The position numbers and the translations under genes are program-made. Of a DNA stretch of 64,000 nt, positions 23,012 to 30,350 are shown one piece after another. Origin of the DNA: a virus; IMG/VR virus record IMGVR_UViG_3300049855_000348, positions 1 through 64,000 of that record; one strand, given 5' to 3'. The notes beneath the pieces are model-generated. The model was not told the origin of the DNA. It searched no databases and was given only the letters and a program-made list of their open reading frames with translations. Position 1 is the first letter of the stretch. Every line of letters begins with the position of its first letter.

Positions 23012-23091
23012 CGGTCTGTATCGGCTCGGTCTTATAAGCCGTCGAAACCGTAATTGGTTACATGAGGGTTCGACTCCCTCCAGACCGACCA
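23012..23091 (+). ncRNA. atypical tRNA-like RNA E2 (possible tRNA-Ile(TAT) lacking a D-arm); same architecture as E1
   Basis: Perfect acceptor cggtctg/cagaccg, then 8 nt, then arm cggt-ctTATaa-gccg, then 22 nt with an aacc/ggtt hairpin, then T-arm gaggg-ttcgact-ccctc and A-CCA. It lies immediately upstream of an HNH gene. Confidence 0.4.
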
Positions 23092-23126
23092 CAAGGCTTC
23101 CACGATTCCCCTCCAAGGAGAACGCC

Positions 23127-23678
23127 ATGGCACCCGGTGCCTGCATAGTGCTGAACAACTCGTATGCCTTCCTCTCGATCAACAACTGGTTCGAGGCGAT
23201 GCGTCTCGTCGTCCGTGGCCGCGCCGTGCCGCTGGCAAACTACGAGACCAAGATCCGGGCAGAGCGTGAAGAGTTCGACGCACCAGCAGTCGTGATGCTG
23301 AAGCACCACGTGAACCTGGGGCGGAGAAGGCAACCTTTCACCCTGCCATCACATCGCAACATCTGGGTCCGTGATGGTGGGCACTGCGCCTACTGCAATC
23401 ACCCGCTGACGCTGCGGACAGTGACCAAGGAACACGTGATGCCCAGGTCACGCGGTGGAGAAGACAGCCTCTTGAACGTCGTGTCCGCCTGTGGCGACTG
23501 CAACGCCAAGAAGTCGAACCGCACGCCGGCAGAAGCCGGCATGAAGTTCCGTGACGGCATCGAACTGCGTCACCTCAACGATGAGGAGAAGCTGACGGTG
23601 CTGCTCAAGACCTCCCAGAGCCACGAACGGAAGACGTGGCTGGGGTTCCTCAAGAAGCAGGGTCTGACGCTGTTCTGA
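23127..23678 (+). CDS. HNH endonuclease (McrA-like)
   Basis: ATG at 23127 after AAGGAGAA. Motifs CAYCNH...EHVMPRSRGGEDSLLNVVSACGDCNAKKSN are present. The longer ORF-track start at 22974 runs through tRNAs and was rejected. Confidence 0.75.
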   Translation: MAPGACIVLNNSYAFLSINNWFEAMRLVVRGRAVPLANYETKIRAEREEFDAPAVVMLKHHVNLGRRRQPFTLPSHRNIWVRDGGHCAYCNHPLTLRTVTKEHVMPRSRGGEDSLLNVVSACGDCNAKKSNRTPAEAGMKFRDGIELRHLNDEEKLTVLLKTSQSHERKTWLGFLKKQGLTLF

Positions 23679-23844
23679 CGGATGTTGTGCCTCCGGCTCT
23701 GATCGCTTGATCACAGTCGGAGGCGAACCGTCGAACGGACTCCCGATCGTTCCAGTTGAAGGTCCATTCGTGAACCTCTCCGCTGGATGTGGTGATGGTT
23801 CCGATCACGAGTAGAGTGCCGGATGGATAGGGGCGTGCTGGCAT
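23650..23844 (-). CDS. small hypothetical protein
   Basis: 64-aa ORF downstream of the release-factor gene with no clear Shine-Dalgarno. Its 3' end overlaps the convergent HNH gene. Confidence 0.3.
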   Translation of the reverse strand: MPARPYPSGTLLVIGTITTSSGEVHEWTFNWNDRESVRRFASDCDQAIRAGGTTSVRTASDPAS

Positions 23845-23896
23845 ACCGGTGAAGTCTACAGACTAGCACCGATTGCAAGTCGTCTGGGTGTGAAGT

Positions 23897-24578
23897 TCAC
23901 TCCATCAAGCCGTCCAGGTCCCCCTTCATCCAAGCACGCACCGTGATGGATCGCCCTGTGCGGTGGTCCCTCACGTTGTCGTTCTGCACCTGGATGGTGC
24001 GGATCTTGTCACCACGCTCGCCGGAGCCTATCTGCTGCCGGCGATCGTCGTTTTGATCGGTATGGTGTTGGGTAGCGATGCCCCCCGCCAGACGCTCCTG
24101 TAACAGGGCCATGGCAGCATGCTTGTTCGACAACTGGTGGCGCTCTTTGTCGGCACGGACAGTCATGCCCGTCGGACGATGGGTGATCTGCACACCCGAC
24201 TCAGTCTTGTTGCGGTGCTGACCACCTGGGCCAGATCCACGGACGGTGATGATATCCAGGTCGCGTTCATCCAGCACGAACTTCTGCTGCTGGCTTCCAT
24301 CGATCACCGCCACGGTGACCGTCGAGCTATGGACACGACCCTTGCGCTCAGTGGGTGGAACCCGCTGCCAACGATGGCCGCCTGCTTCTTGGCTGAAGGC
24401 TTCTTTGGCTCCCTTACCAGTAACGGTGAGCCGCAGAAAGCCGTGAGACTCTTGATCCACTACAACTTCAAAGACCCCTCCGCGCTCCCCATTTGCGATA
24501 GATGGTGAGGTGTTCGCGCACGAGCAATCGTGCGTCCTCGCCGCCTTCAGCGGCTCTGATTTCGAGGTGGATAGTCAT
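23897..24578 (-). CDS. RF1-like peptide chain release factor lacking domain 1; needs a +1 ribosomal frameshift at CTT TGA: join(24578..24471, 24469..23897) on the minus strand
   Basis: Frame 0 reads MTIHLEIRAAEGGEDARLLVREHLTIYRKWGARRGL then TGA. The +1 frame continues EVVVDQESHGF...GGHRWQRVPPTERKGRVHSSTVTVAV...GSGPGGQHRNKTESGV (a PxT-like PPT and the GGQ motif). The slip site is cGGAGGGGT CTT TGA A. Confidence 0.8.
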
Positions 24579-24584
24579 GACGGG

Positions 24585-24612
24585 CTTGTAGCAGGTGGGT
24601 GACTAGATTCAA
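24585..24612 (-). promoter_or_regulatory. weak promoter-like element with leaderless geometry for the release-factor gene
   Basis: Minus strand reads TTGAAT-N16-TACAAG-cccgtc-ATG. The -10 is poor (it ends in G) but the spacing matches the class I promoters. Confidence 0.3.
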
Positions 24613-24619
24613 CGAGCAC

Positions 24620-24647
24620 TTGACATAGACCTTTTGGTCGCTAATAG
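24620..24647 (+). promoter_or_regulatory. class I promoter with leaderless geometry
   Basis: TTGACATAGACcttttgGTCGCTAATAG. The ATG at 24654 is 7 nt after the -10. Confidence 0.75.
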
Positions 24648-24653
24648 TAAGCC

Positions 24654-24872
24654 ATGGCAAGCGATCCGCAGCAGATCTCAATCGACAAACAGATCGAGCA
24701 ATCTCGCATCATCAAGAATCTGACTGCCAACAACAATCAGCTTCGCTCGGCGCTCAAGAAGTGCCTCAACGTGTTGAGTGGTGAGGATCTAAATAAGGAT
24801 TGTCTGATCAGGGCTTTAGAAGCCGGTCGAGACGCCTTGCAGAACCAAAAAACACAGAAGAAAAAATCATGA
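24654..24872 (+). CDS. hypothetical early protein
   Basis: 72-aa ORF starting at the predicted +1. Confidence 0.55.
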   Translation: MASDPQQISIDKQIEQSRIIKNLTANNNQLRSALKKCLNVLSGEDLNKDCLIRALEAGRDALQNQKTQKKKS

Positions 24873-25174
24873 ACGACACCCCCGAGCCCGCTCCTGTTCT
24901 CTTCACCCTCGAAAACATCAAGTCAATCGTCGACTGGCAGTTGGCTGGCTTCGTCCATCCGCTGACCTGTGGGAACGACAGTAGCCACCCCGATCTGTTG
25001 CCGACCATGGGAGAGGTTCTTCCATACGCACCCGGCAATGTGACCATGGCCCTGGTCTGTGTTCAGTGCGGCTACAAGCAGACGCACATCCCTGAAACCT
25101 GCATCACCAGCCCTCGTGACCCGGCGTGGTTGCAGATGCGTGATATGCTCAGCGGGAAGAGCAGTCCGGGATGA
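24869..25174 (+). CDS. hypothetical protein (Cys pairs suggest a zinc ribbon)
   Basis: ATGA overlap with the upstream stop. CGND...CVQCGY is present. Confidence 0.5.
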   Translation: MNDTPEPAPVLFTLENIKSIVDWQLAGFVHPLTCGNDSSHPDLLPTMGEVLPYAPGNVTMALVCVQCGYKQTHIPETCITSPRDPAWLQMRDMLSGKSSPG

Positions 25175-25995
25175 GCACCAAGATCTACAACGGCTACCGG
25201 ATCATGTCCTCGAATATCTTCGAGATCATGAGGCTGCTCGATGATGTTGGCAAAGCCTATGACAAGGCTGCCAAGGTCTACATGGCCACCCTGTCCGCCC
25301 ACGTGATGATCAATGCCTGGGATACGCTGACGTTGGCCGCACCACAGAGGATCGCACAGGATGAGGAGATGGAAGATCTCCTGGAGTATTCGGTCTCAAT
25401 CCACACCTACCAGTTTATCGCCAGTCGGCAGAAGAAGATCAAGGCGACGAACCGTCGTGACCCGGTCTATGACTTTCAACTCGACATCATCATCTTCCCA
25501 GAAGGCGGCTGGAGCGATACGCTGGCCATGGTCTACACTGAGAACGCCACGTTCAAAAAGGCGTTCGAGGAGCATCCGCTGGTGGAGGAGTTCGGCTATT
25601 GGGACAACTCTGATCGCCCCGAAGAAGTACCAGAGCACGCCTGGAACAGTCGTGGTGAGCGGTGGATGGCTCTGGTTGGTGATGATGTTCCGAGCCGCCG
25701 TGGCCTGACCAGACAGTACGAACGGCAGTACGGACCTGAAGTTCTCTACTCCGACATATTGCCGCTTTTCCCACTCATCGAGCATCGTGCTGAGCGGTGG
25801 GCAGAGGAGAGTTTGGTCAGTGAGTATGGCGAGAAAGTTGAGGCACCAGCCAAAGATGGGGTCTACTCATGGCTGACAAGAGCCAGGGCATGGGCCAAGG
25901 AAGGTACCCGGTTGAAAGACCGCATCGCCAAGATCCTGCCCTTGATGAGCAACCCAACCAAAGAACAGATCAGCAAGTTCCCCGAGAAGAAGTGA
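25171..25995 (+). CDS. hypothetical protein
   Basis: 274-aa ORF with an ATGA overlap. Confidence 0.6.
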   Translation: MSTKIYNGYRIMSSNIFEIMRLLDDVGKAYDKAAKVYMATLSAHVMINAWDTLTLAAPQRIAQDEEMEDLLEYSVSIHTYQFIASRQKKIKATNRRDPVYDFQLDIIIFPEGGWSDTLAMVYTENATFKKAFEEHPLVEEFGYWDNSDRPEEVPEHAWNSRGERWMALVGDDVPSRRGLTRQYERQYGPEVLYSDILPLFPLIEHRAERWAEESLVSEYGEKVEAPAKDGVYSWLTRARAWAKEGTRLKDRIAKILPLMSNPTKEQISKFPEKK

Positions 25996-26231
25996 TGCCG
26001 AAGCACCACACCTATCTGACCAGTCCACGGCTGGCTTTGCAGGAGATCCGGAAGCTCCGTCATGGTCCGAGTTCAATCGTCGATCCAAGAGGCTCGGATC
26101 CCATTGCCACACTGACACCAGCGCAGCGAGAGCAGATCAAGCGTGACTTCCATCTCTGGTGGGATTCGTGGGTCGCTCCTTGCCTGACCACGCTCGAACG
26201 TCGCCACAGCAAGACCAGGGTGAAGAAGTGA
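25995..26231 (+). CDS. hypothetical protein
   Basis: The ATG at 25995 overlaps the upstream TGA (GTGATG). 78 aa. Confidence 0.45.
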   Translation: MPKHHTYLTSPRLALQEIRKLRHGPSSIVDPRGSDPIATLTPAQREQIKRDFHLWWDSWVAPCLTTLERRHSKTRVKK

Positions 26232-26527
26232 ACAGACACGGCATCAAAACGACAACGAAGGAGGTTTTCTTTTTCTCCTTCAAGGGTGACTCTACCGTCA
26301 GTTCACTCGATCAGATCACCCTTCCCCCAGCAATGGGACTCAGTGATCAGATGTTTCACCGTTTTGGCGAATGGCTCAAGCGTGAGGGTCATGCCTGGGA
26401 ATACCTTTCAGAGGAACGACTCTGTCAGCTATCGATTGAGTTCTTCAACCTTGCTCTCATGCAGCATGAGAAGCCACGTCGCTTCGATCGGATGGCTACC
26501 AAGGAAGAGATCAAAGTAGGGTGTTGA
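26228..26527 (+). CDS. hypothetical protein (start uncertain)
   Basis: The GTG at 26228 overlaps the upstream stop. The gene's own stop is the TGA inside the TTGACT of the next promoter. Confidence 0.45.
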   Translation: MNRHGIKTTTKEVFFFSFKGDSTVSSLDQITLPPAMGLSDQMFHRFGEWLKREGHAWEYLSEERLCQLSIEFFNLALMQHEKPRRFDRMATKEEIKVGC

Positions 26528-26551
26528 CTTAGACTGAATGGTCGCTATACT
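26524..26551 (+). promoter_or_regulatory. class I promoter with leaderless geometry
   Basis: TTGACTTAGACtgaatgGTCGCTATACT followed by ctgggcATG. The ATG at 26558 is 7 nt after the -10. Confidence 0.8.
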
Positions 26552-26557
26552 CTGGGC

Positions 26558-27085
26558 ATGAGCAAGAACAAAGACGCCACCACTGATCCCGCCAACGCCG
26601 TCGAATCCGCCCGTGGCATCCTGGAAGAGTTGAGGGAAGAGTTGCAGGCGTGGTATGACAACCTCCCCGAGAACTTTCAGAACGGCAGCAAGGGTGAAAC
26701 CCTCCAGTCCGCCATTGATCAGTTGGAGTCGGCTGACGGGTACCTGGAAGAGCCGCCCACCTGCGCTGAACTGCTCACGGTCAACTACAGCTTCTCGACC
26801 AAGCGGAAGCAGTCCCGCGCCGACCGCTGTGCTGATGCGTGCAGTCTCCTGGCCGGCTGTGTCGATGCCGCCCGCGAGAAAGCCACCGAGCTTCAGGAAG
26901 CCCAGGCGCTCTCCTCCGAAGCCAACCAGGACCAGACCGGCCTGGATGAAGCCACCAAAGAGAAGATCGCCAAGGAAGCCAAGCAGGTTGAATCTGACAT
27001 CAGTGAACTGGAATCGTTCGCTGATGCCTGTGAGAGCGCCAAGGATGAAGCCGAAGCCACTGAGTTTCCAGGGATGTTCGGATGA
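26558..27085 (+). CDS. acidic hypothetical protein
   Basis: 175-aa ORF starting at the predicted +1. Confidence 0.6.
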   Translation: MSKNKDATTDPANAVESARGILEELREELQAWYDNLPENFQNGSKGETLQSAIDQLESADGYLEEPPTCAELLTVNYSFSTKRKQSRADRCADACSLLAGCVDAAREKATELQEAQALSSEANQDQTGLDEATKEKIAKEAKQVESDISELESFADACESAKDEAEATEFPGMFG

Positions 27086-27405
27086 ATGACCTGAACGATC
27101 CAAAACTCACCGGCCCCTGGTTCGCTGCCCGCCTTCAGGTCTACGTGACCGGCAAGTACAATGCCTTCAAGCACTGCGCCTCATCTGGCCTGCGCTGGGC
27201 TTGGGTGATCACCAATGGTGAGGTGGTTGAAGGCTCAGGCGACCCGATTGGCAGCGGGTGCTACTATCGCCGTTACGACACCAAGAAGGACGCAGCCGAA
27301 ATGGCTGCCAAGTACGACCCCAATCGTGGTGTCTACACTCCCAGGATCCTCAACGCTACCTGCCGGCAGCAGGTGGCCAAGTACGCCCCGAAAGGCACCC
27401 CATGA
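27082..27405 (+). CDS. hypothetical protein
   Basis: 107 aa with an ATGA overlap. Confidence 0.55.
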   Translation: MNDLNDPKLTGPWFAARLQVYVTGKYNAFKHCASSGLRWAWVITNGEVVEGSGDPIGSGCYYRRYDTKKDAAEMAAKYDPNRGVYTPRILNATCRQQVAKYAPKGTP

Positions 27406-27623
27406 GCACTCAGACCCAGGTTCGTGTCACCGTCCGCTTCTATGGCCGGCTCTCGGGAGCCTTGGGCATTGGTAGCGAGCATGTCGAGCGTCGCACCATC
27501 ACGGTGCCCAGCCCGTTCACCGAGGAGGAGGCGAAGGAAGCCGCCCGGGTGAATCTCTACGATCGCCAAGGCGACAGCTTGGCCTACGAACACGTCACCG
27601 TCAAATCCATCGCTTTCAACTGA
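27402..27623 (+). CDS. hypothetical protein
   Basis: The ATG at 27402 overlaps the upstream stop (ATGA). 73 aa. Confidence 0.5.
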   Translation: MSTQTQVRVTVRFYGRLSGALGIGSEHVERRTITVPSPFTEEEAKEAARVNLYDRQGDSLAYEHVTVKSIAFN

Positions 27624-27630
27624 GCACCCC

Positions 27631-28065
27631 ATGACCATCTCCAAAATGAACTGCATGCACTGCGGCAAACTCTTCACCGAGCAGGAGCCATCCTACCTCG
27701 GCCTGCTGCTGCACAGGATCTGCTACCAAGTGGTCGGTGGTCAGATAGACGAGCAGTTGCCGACCCTGTCATCCCACAGCAGCCACGGAGACCGGCAAAC
27801 CGACCTCCTGGCCCAGAAGGTCGCCTACCCTCCGACTGCCGACCTTCCTGGTCAGCGTGGTACTCACGGCTGCCAGTATCCGGCCCCGCCACTCGATACC
27901 GGCGAGATGTCCCTCAACGAGGTGCTGGTCCGCCTGGGCATCTCGAAGACCAAGATTCCCCTGTCGTTCGACAAGTACGACTTCGAGAAACGGGGTCATC
28001 GGATCTTCACTGGTGACTGCCAAGAGATCTGGGTGTGGCTGCGCGAGCAAAAACTCATCCTCTGA
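27631..28065 (+). CDS. hypothetical protein
   Basis: 144-aa ORF. Confidence 0.5.
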   Translation: MTISKMNCMHCGKLFTEQEPSYLGLLLHRICYQVVGGQIDEQLPTLSSHSSHGDRQTDLLAQKVAYPPTADLPGQRGTHGCQYPAPPLDTGEMSLNEVLVRLGISKTKIPLSFDKYDFEKRGHRIFTGDCQEIWVWLREQKLIL

Positions 28066-28094
28066 CAAGATCAGGAACCCGGTAGTTGAAACCC

Positions 28095-28112
28095 GTGTTC
28101 CACGTGGAACAC
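28095..28112. repeat. perfect 18-bp palindrome GTGTTCCACGTGGAACAC in a 137-bp intergenic gap
   Basis: Read directly. It could be an operator or an RNA hairpin. Confidence 0.8.
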
Positions 28113-28202
28113 TGGGGGCTCTCACAGCCTCGTACAGGCAAGATCTCCCACAAAGTGACCATGGCCAGCCAATGACCATCGTCTTCGCTCTGAGGGGTTT
28201 CT

Positions 28203-28484
28203 ATGACTCGCAAGCGCCTCCCTGGAACCTCGATCATGAGCCACGCCCTCGACATCACTCCGATCCTTGGGATACCAGTTCTTTTTGACCCATCAAAGCT
28301 GGTGATCCCGGTCAATGAGGCTCGGGTGATCACCAACCGGACCTACCACGAGCGGGATACCCGGTGGTCGGTCATCTGGCAGCGGGCCGATGGACGGGTG
28401 ACGGCGACTGGGTTCCTGACCGAGAAGGCTGCGCTGACCTGGGCATGCGCTCGGGCAGCGGTGACCCAGGTGCTGCCGGAATGA
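28203..28484 (+). CDS. hypothetical protein
   Basis: 93-aa ORF. Confidence 0.5.
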   Translation: MTRKRLPGTSIMSHALDITPILGIPVLFDPSKLVIPVNEARVITNRTYHERDTRWSVIWQRADGRVTATGFLTEKAALTWACARAAVTQVLPE

Positions 28485-28858
28485 ATGAGGTCCAGGTCTA
28501 CGATGGTGATGGTACCATTCCGCTGGTCGACTTCACGACGATTGAACCCATGCGTGGCGGTCAGCAGGTGAAGGTTCTCTTCTTCAACGATGACGACTCC
28601 ATCAAGCGTGCGTACGGGTTGGCAACGGTGAGGAAGCTCGAACACACTCTCTCGCTTGTCATCGGGAGCCGTTTACTGCCGGCCAACGAAGAACTCGGTA
28701 AGAGACTGACGAGTCTTCACGGCTCTTTCGAGAGGTTCAACCTGGAGATCCTTGGCGTCAGGTACGTCGATTGCCTTGTCGCCAACCTCATCTTCAACCC
28801 CAAGACCGAATACAGTTACATCCAGGTCAGATTCGCCAGAACCATTCAGAGGGATTAG
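28481..28858 (+). CDS. hypothetical protein (N-terminal EVQVYDGDG motif family)
   Basis: The ATG at 28481 overlaps the upstream stop (ATGA). 125 aa. Confidence 0.5.
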   Translation: MNEVQVYDGDGTIPLVDFTTIEPMRGGQQVKVLFFNDDDSIKRAYGLATVRKLEHTLSLVIGSRLLPANEELGKRLTSLHGSFERFNLEILGVRYVDCLVANLIFNPKTEYSYIQVRFARTIQRD

Positions 28859-28861
28859 GTG

Positions 28862-28889
28862 TTGACTTAGACCAAAAGGTCGCTAATAT
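28862..28889 (+). promoter_or_regulatory. class I promoter with leaderless geometry
   Basis: TTGACTTAGACcaaaagGTCGCTAATAT. The ATG at 28896 is 7 nt after the -10. Confidence 0.8.
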
Positions 28890-28895
28890 ACCGGC

Positions 28896-29165
28896 ATGAG
28901 CACTACCACTGAAGCCCCTGCCACCCTCATCCCTGCTTACAAGGTCCGCGTCCGTGATGACAAGGGCACCAACGTGGGCTGCCTGGGTCACAACGGCGAT
29001 GTCTGGCGACTGAGGGTCTACCACGGGCACTACACCAAGGAACAGGCCGATCGGTACGCTGCCGAGTTGACCAAGCAGAACCCTGGCTACGTCGCCACCG
29101 CCGAACGCTACGAGAAGGGCGACGGTTTCCTCAACGCCTTGCTCGCCAGCAACAAGAAGACCTGA
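28896..29165 (+). CDS. hypothetical protein
   Basis: 89-aa ORF starting at the predicted +1. Confidence 0.55.
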   Translation: MSTTTEAPATLIPAYKVRVRDDKGTNVGCLGHNGDVWRLRVYHGHYTKEQADRYAAELTKQNPGYVATAERYEKGDGFLNALLASNKKT

Positions 29166-29166
29166 C

Positions 29167-29343
29167 ATGGCCCACCAGTGGGTACATCGTCCCCATACCC
29201 TTGAGCACTTCCAGAAGCCGGAACAGCGGACGTGCTCCGTCTGTGGTGCTCAGCAGGAACTGGTTGTTGAACAGGCTTGGATGCGGGTTGTCTCTCGTCG
29301 CTGGCTGCCGCTGGCTGGCCGGTGCAAGATCAAGAAGTCTTGA
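29167..29343 (+). CDS. possible 58-aa Cys-containing protein (below the ORF-track cutoff)
   Basis: The ATG follows 1 nt after the upstream stop. The frame ends on the TGA inside the TTGACT of the next promoter, as seen for other genes. It competes with the 29201..29398 track ORF. Confidence 0.35.
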   Translation: MAHQWVHRPHTLEHFQKPEQRTCSVCGAQQELVVEQAWMRVVSRRWLPLAGRCKIKKS

Positions 29344-29367
29344 CTTAGATCAAAGAGTCGCTATACT
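29340..29367 (+). promoter_or_regulatory. class I promoter (leadered; the downstream gene has an AAGGAAG Shine-Dalgarno)
   Basis: TTGACTTAGATcaaagaGTCGCTATACT. Confidence 0.75.
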
Positions 29368-29394
29368 TCCCATGTCACCCAAGGAAGCCTGTCT

Positions 29395-29718
29395 ATGACC
29401 ATGTCTCTCGCCGAAGTCTGCACCTTGGTTCAAGATCTGCACGGTAAGAAGACTGGTAGCCGCGACATCTTTCGTCTGGTGATCAAGGCGCTCGTTGCGA
29501 GTGGGAAAGATACAATCGAGGCCGGTGACACCTTACTCGGTGTCGTGCCGGGTAGCCCACGTGAAAAAACCGCATGGCTCAAAGCCGATGCAGAGGTACT
29601 GGGCGGACGCTGGGTCAAGGGCCGTCAGGTCGTGACCGGACGTGGTCCTTTCGGTCGTTACGGTGGCGGGAGTGCTCGCAGTGGATACTACAGCGGTTAC
29701 TTCACCACCAGAATATAA
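29395..29718 (+). CDS. hypothetical protein
   Basis: 107-aa ORF with AAGGAAG upstream. Confidence 0.55.
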   Translation: MTMSLAEVCTLVQDLHGKKTGSRDIFRLVIKALVASGKDTIEAGDTLLGVVPGSPREKTAWLKADAEVLGGRWVKGRQVVTGRGPFGRYGGGSARSGYYSGYFTTRI

Positions 29719-29753
29719 TGCTTACTTCAAACCCATCACAAAGGAATCCCTTC

Positions 29754-30350
29754 ATGCGCTTCTTCCTCCTGCTCCTCCTGTCCTTCTCCACTCTGTTCGC
29801 CGGTGATCCTCCGGCTGCCGAGGCCAAGCTGCCTGCCGATGTGCAGAAGGTAGTCGATGAACGTGATGCTGCGGTGGCCAAGGCCAAGGCGGTCTTCGAT
29901 GCGGCTCAGGCCAAGGCGACGACCGAGGCTATCGCCAAGCTGGAGAAGGTGGTTGTCGCCATCACAAAAAAGGGCGATCTCGCCAACGCTACGGCTATCC
30001 AGAAGTTGGTCGACGAGTACAAGGCCGGGCTTCCGGATCTATTGGGTAAGAAACCAGAAACAAAAATCGATCTTGAGGAGGCGATTGTTGGTGTGAAGTG
30101 GAAATTTTACTGGCAAGGTCTTGGTGGTGAAAACAAGATCATGAGATTTGCCCGTAAGGGTGTCATTAGTGAAGGGTCCAACTTCGGTGAAAACAGTTAT
30201 CGCATCAAGGACGGTGTTCTACAACTTCTCAATCAGAATGGTGGAATACACAGCACTCTCACTCTGAGGGCTGATGGGAATCTTGAAAGTGGAGACACTT
30301 CTGAATCAACCTGGAAGGGGAAGTGCTTCTTGATCAAGGCCGAGAAATAA
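29754..30350 (+). CDS. secreted protein (signal-peptide-like N-terminus)
   Basis: ATG at 29754 after AAGGAA. The N-terminus MRFFLLLLLSFSTLFAGD is followed by an Ala/Lys-rich helix and a beta-rich C-terminus. Confidence 0.55.
   Translation: MRFFLLLLLSFSTLFAGDPPAAEAKLPADVQKVVDERDAAVAKAKAVFDAAQAKATTEAIAKLEKVVVAITKKGDLANATAIQKLVDEYKAGLPDLLGKKPETKIDLEEAIVGVKWKFYWQGLGGENKIMRFARKGVISEGSNFGENSYRIKDGVLQLLNQNGGIHSTLTLRADGNLESGDTSESTWKGKCFLIKAEK

Noticed and set aside
22974-23126. N-terminal extension of the HNH gene (track start 22974)
   Set aside because: The extension is translated across tRNA-Val and the E2 RNA. A strong AAGGAGAA Shine-Dalgarno precedes the ATG at 23127.
29201-29398. 65-aa track ORF spanning promoter 29340..29367
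   Set aside because: It reads through the promoter and overlaps the better-supported 29167..29343 and 29395..29718 frames. It also has no start signal.
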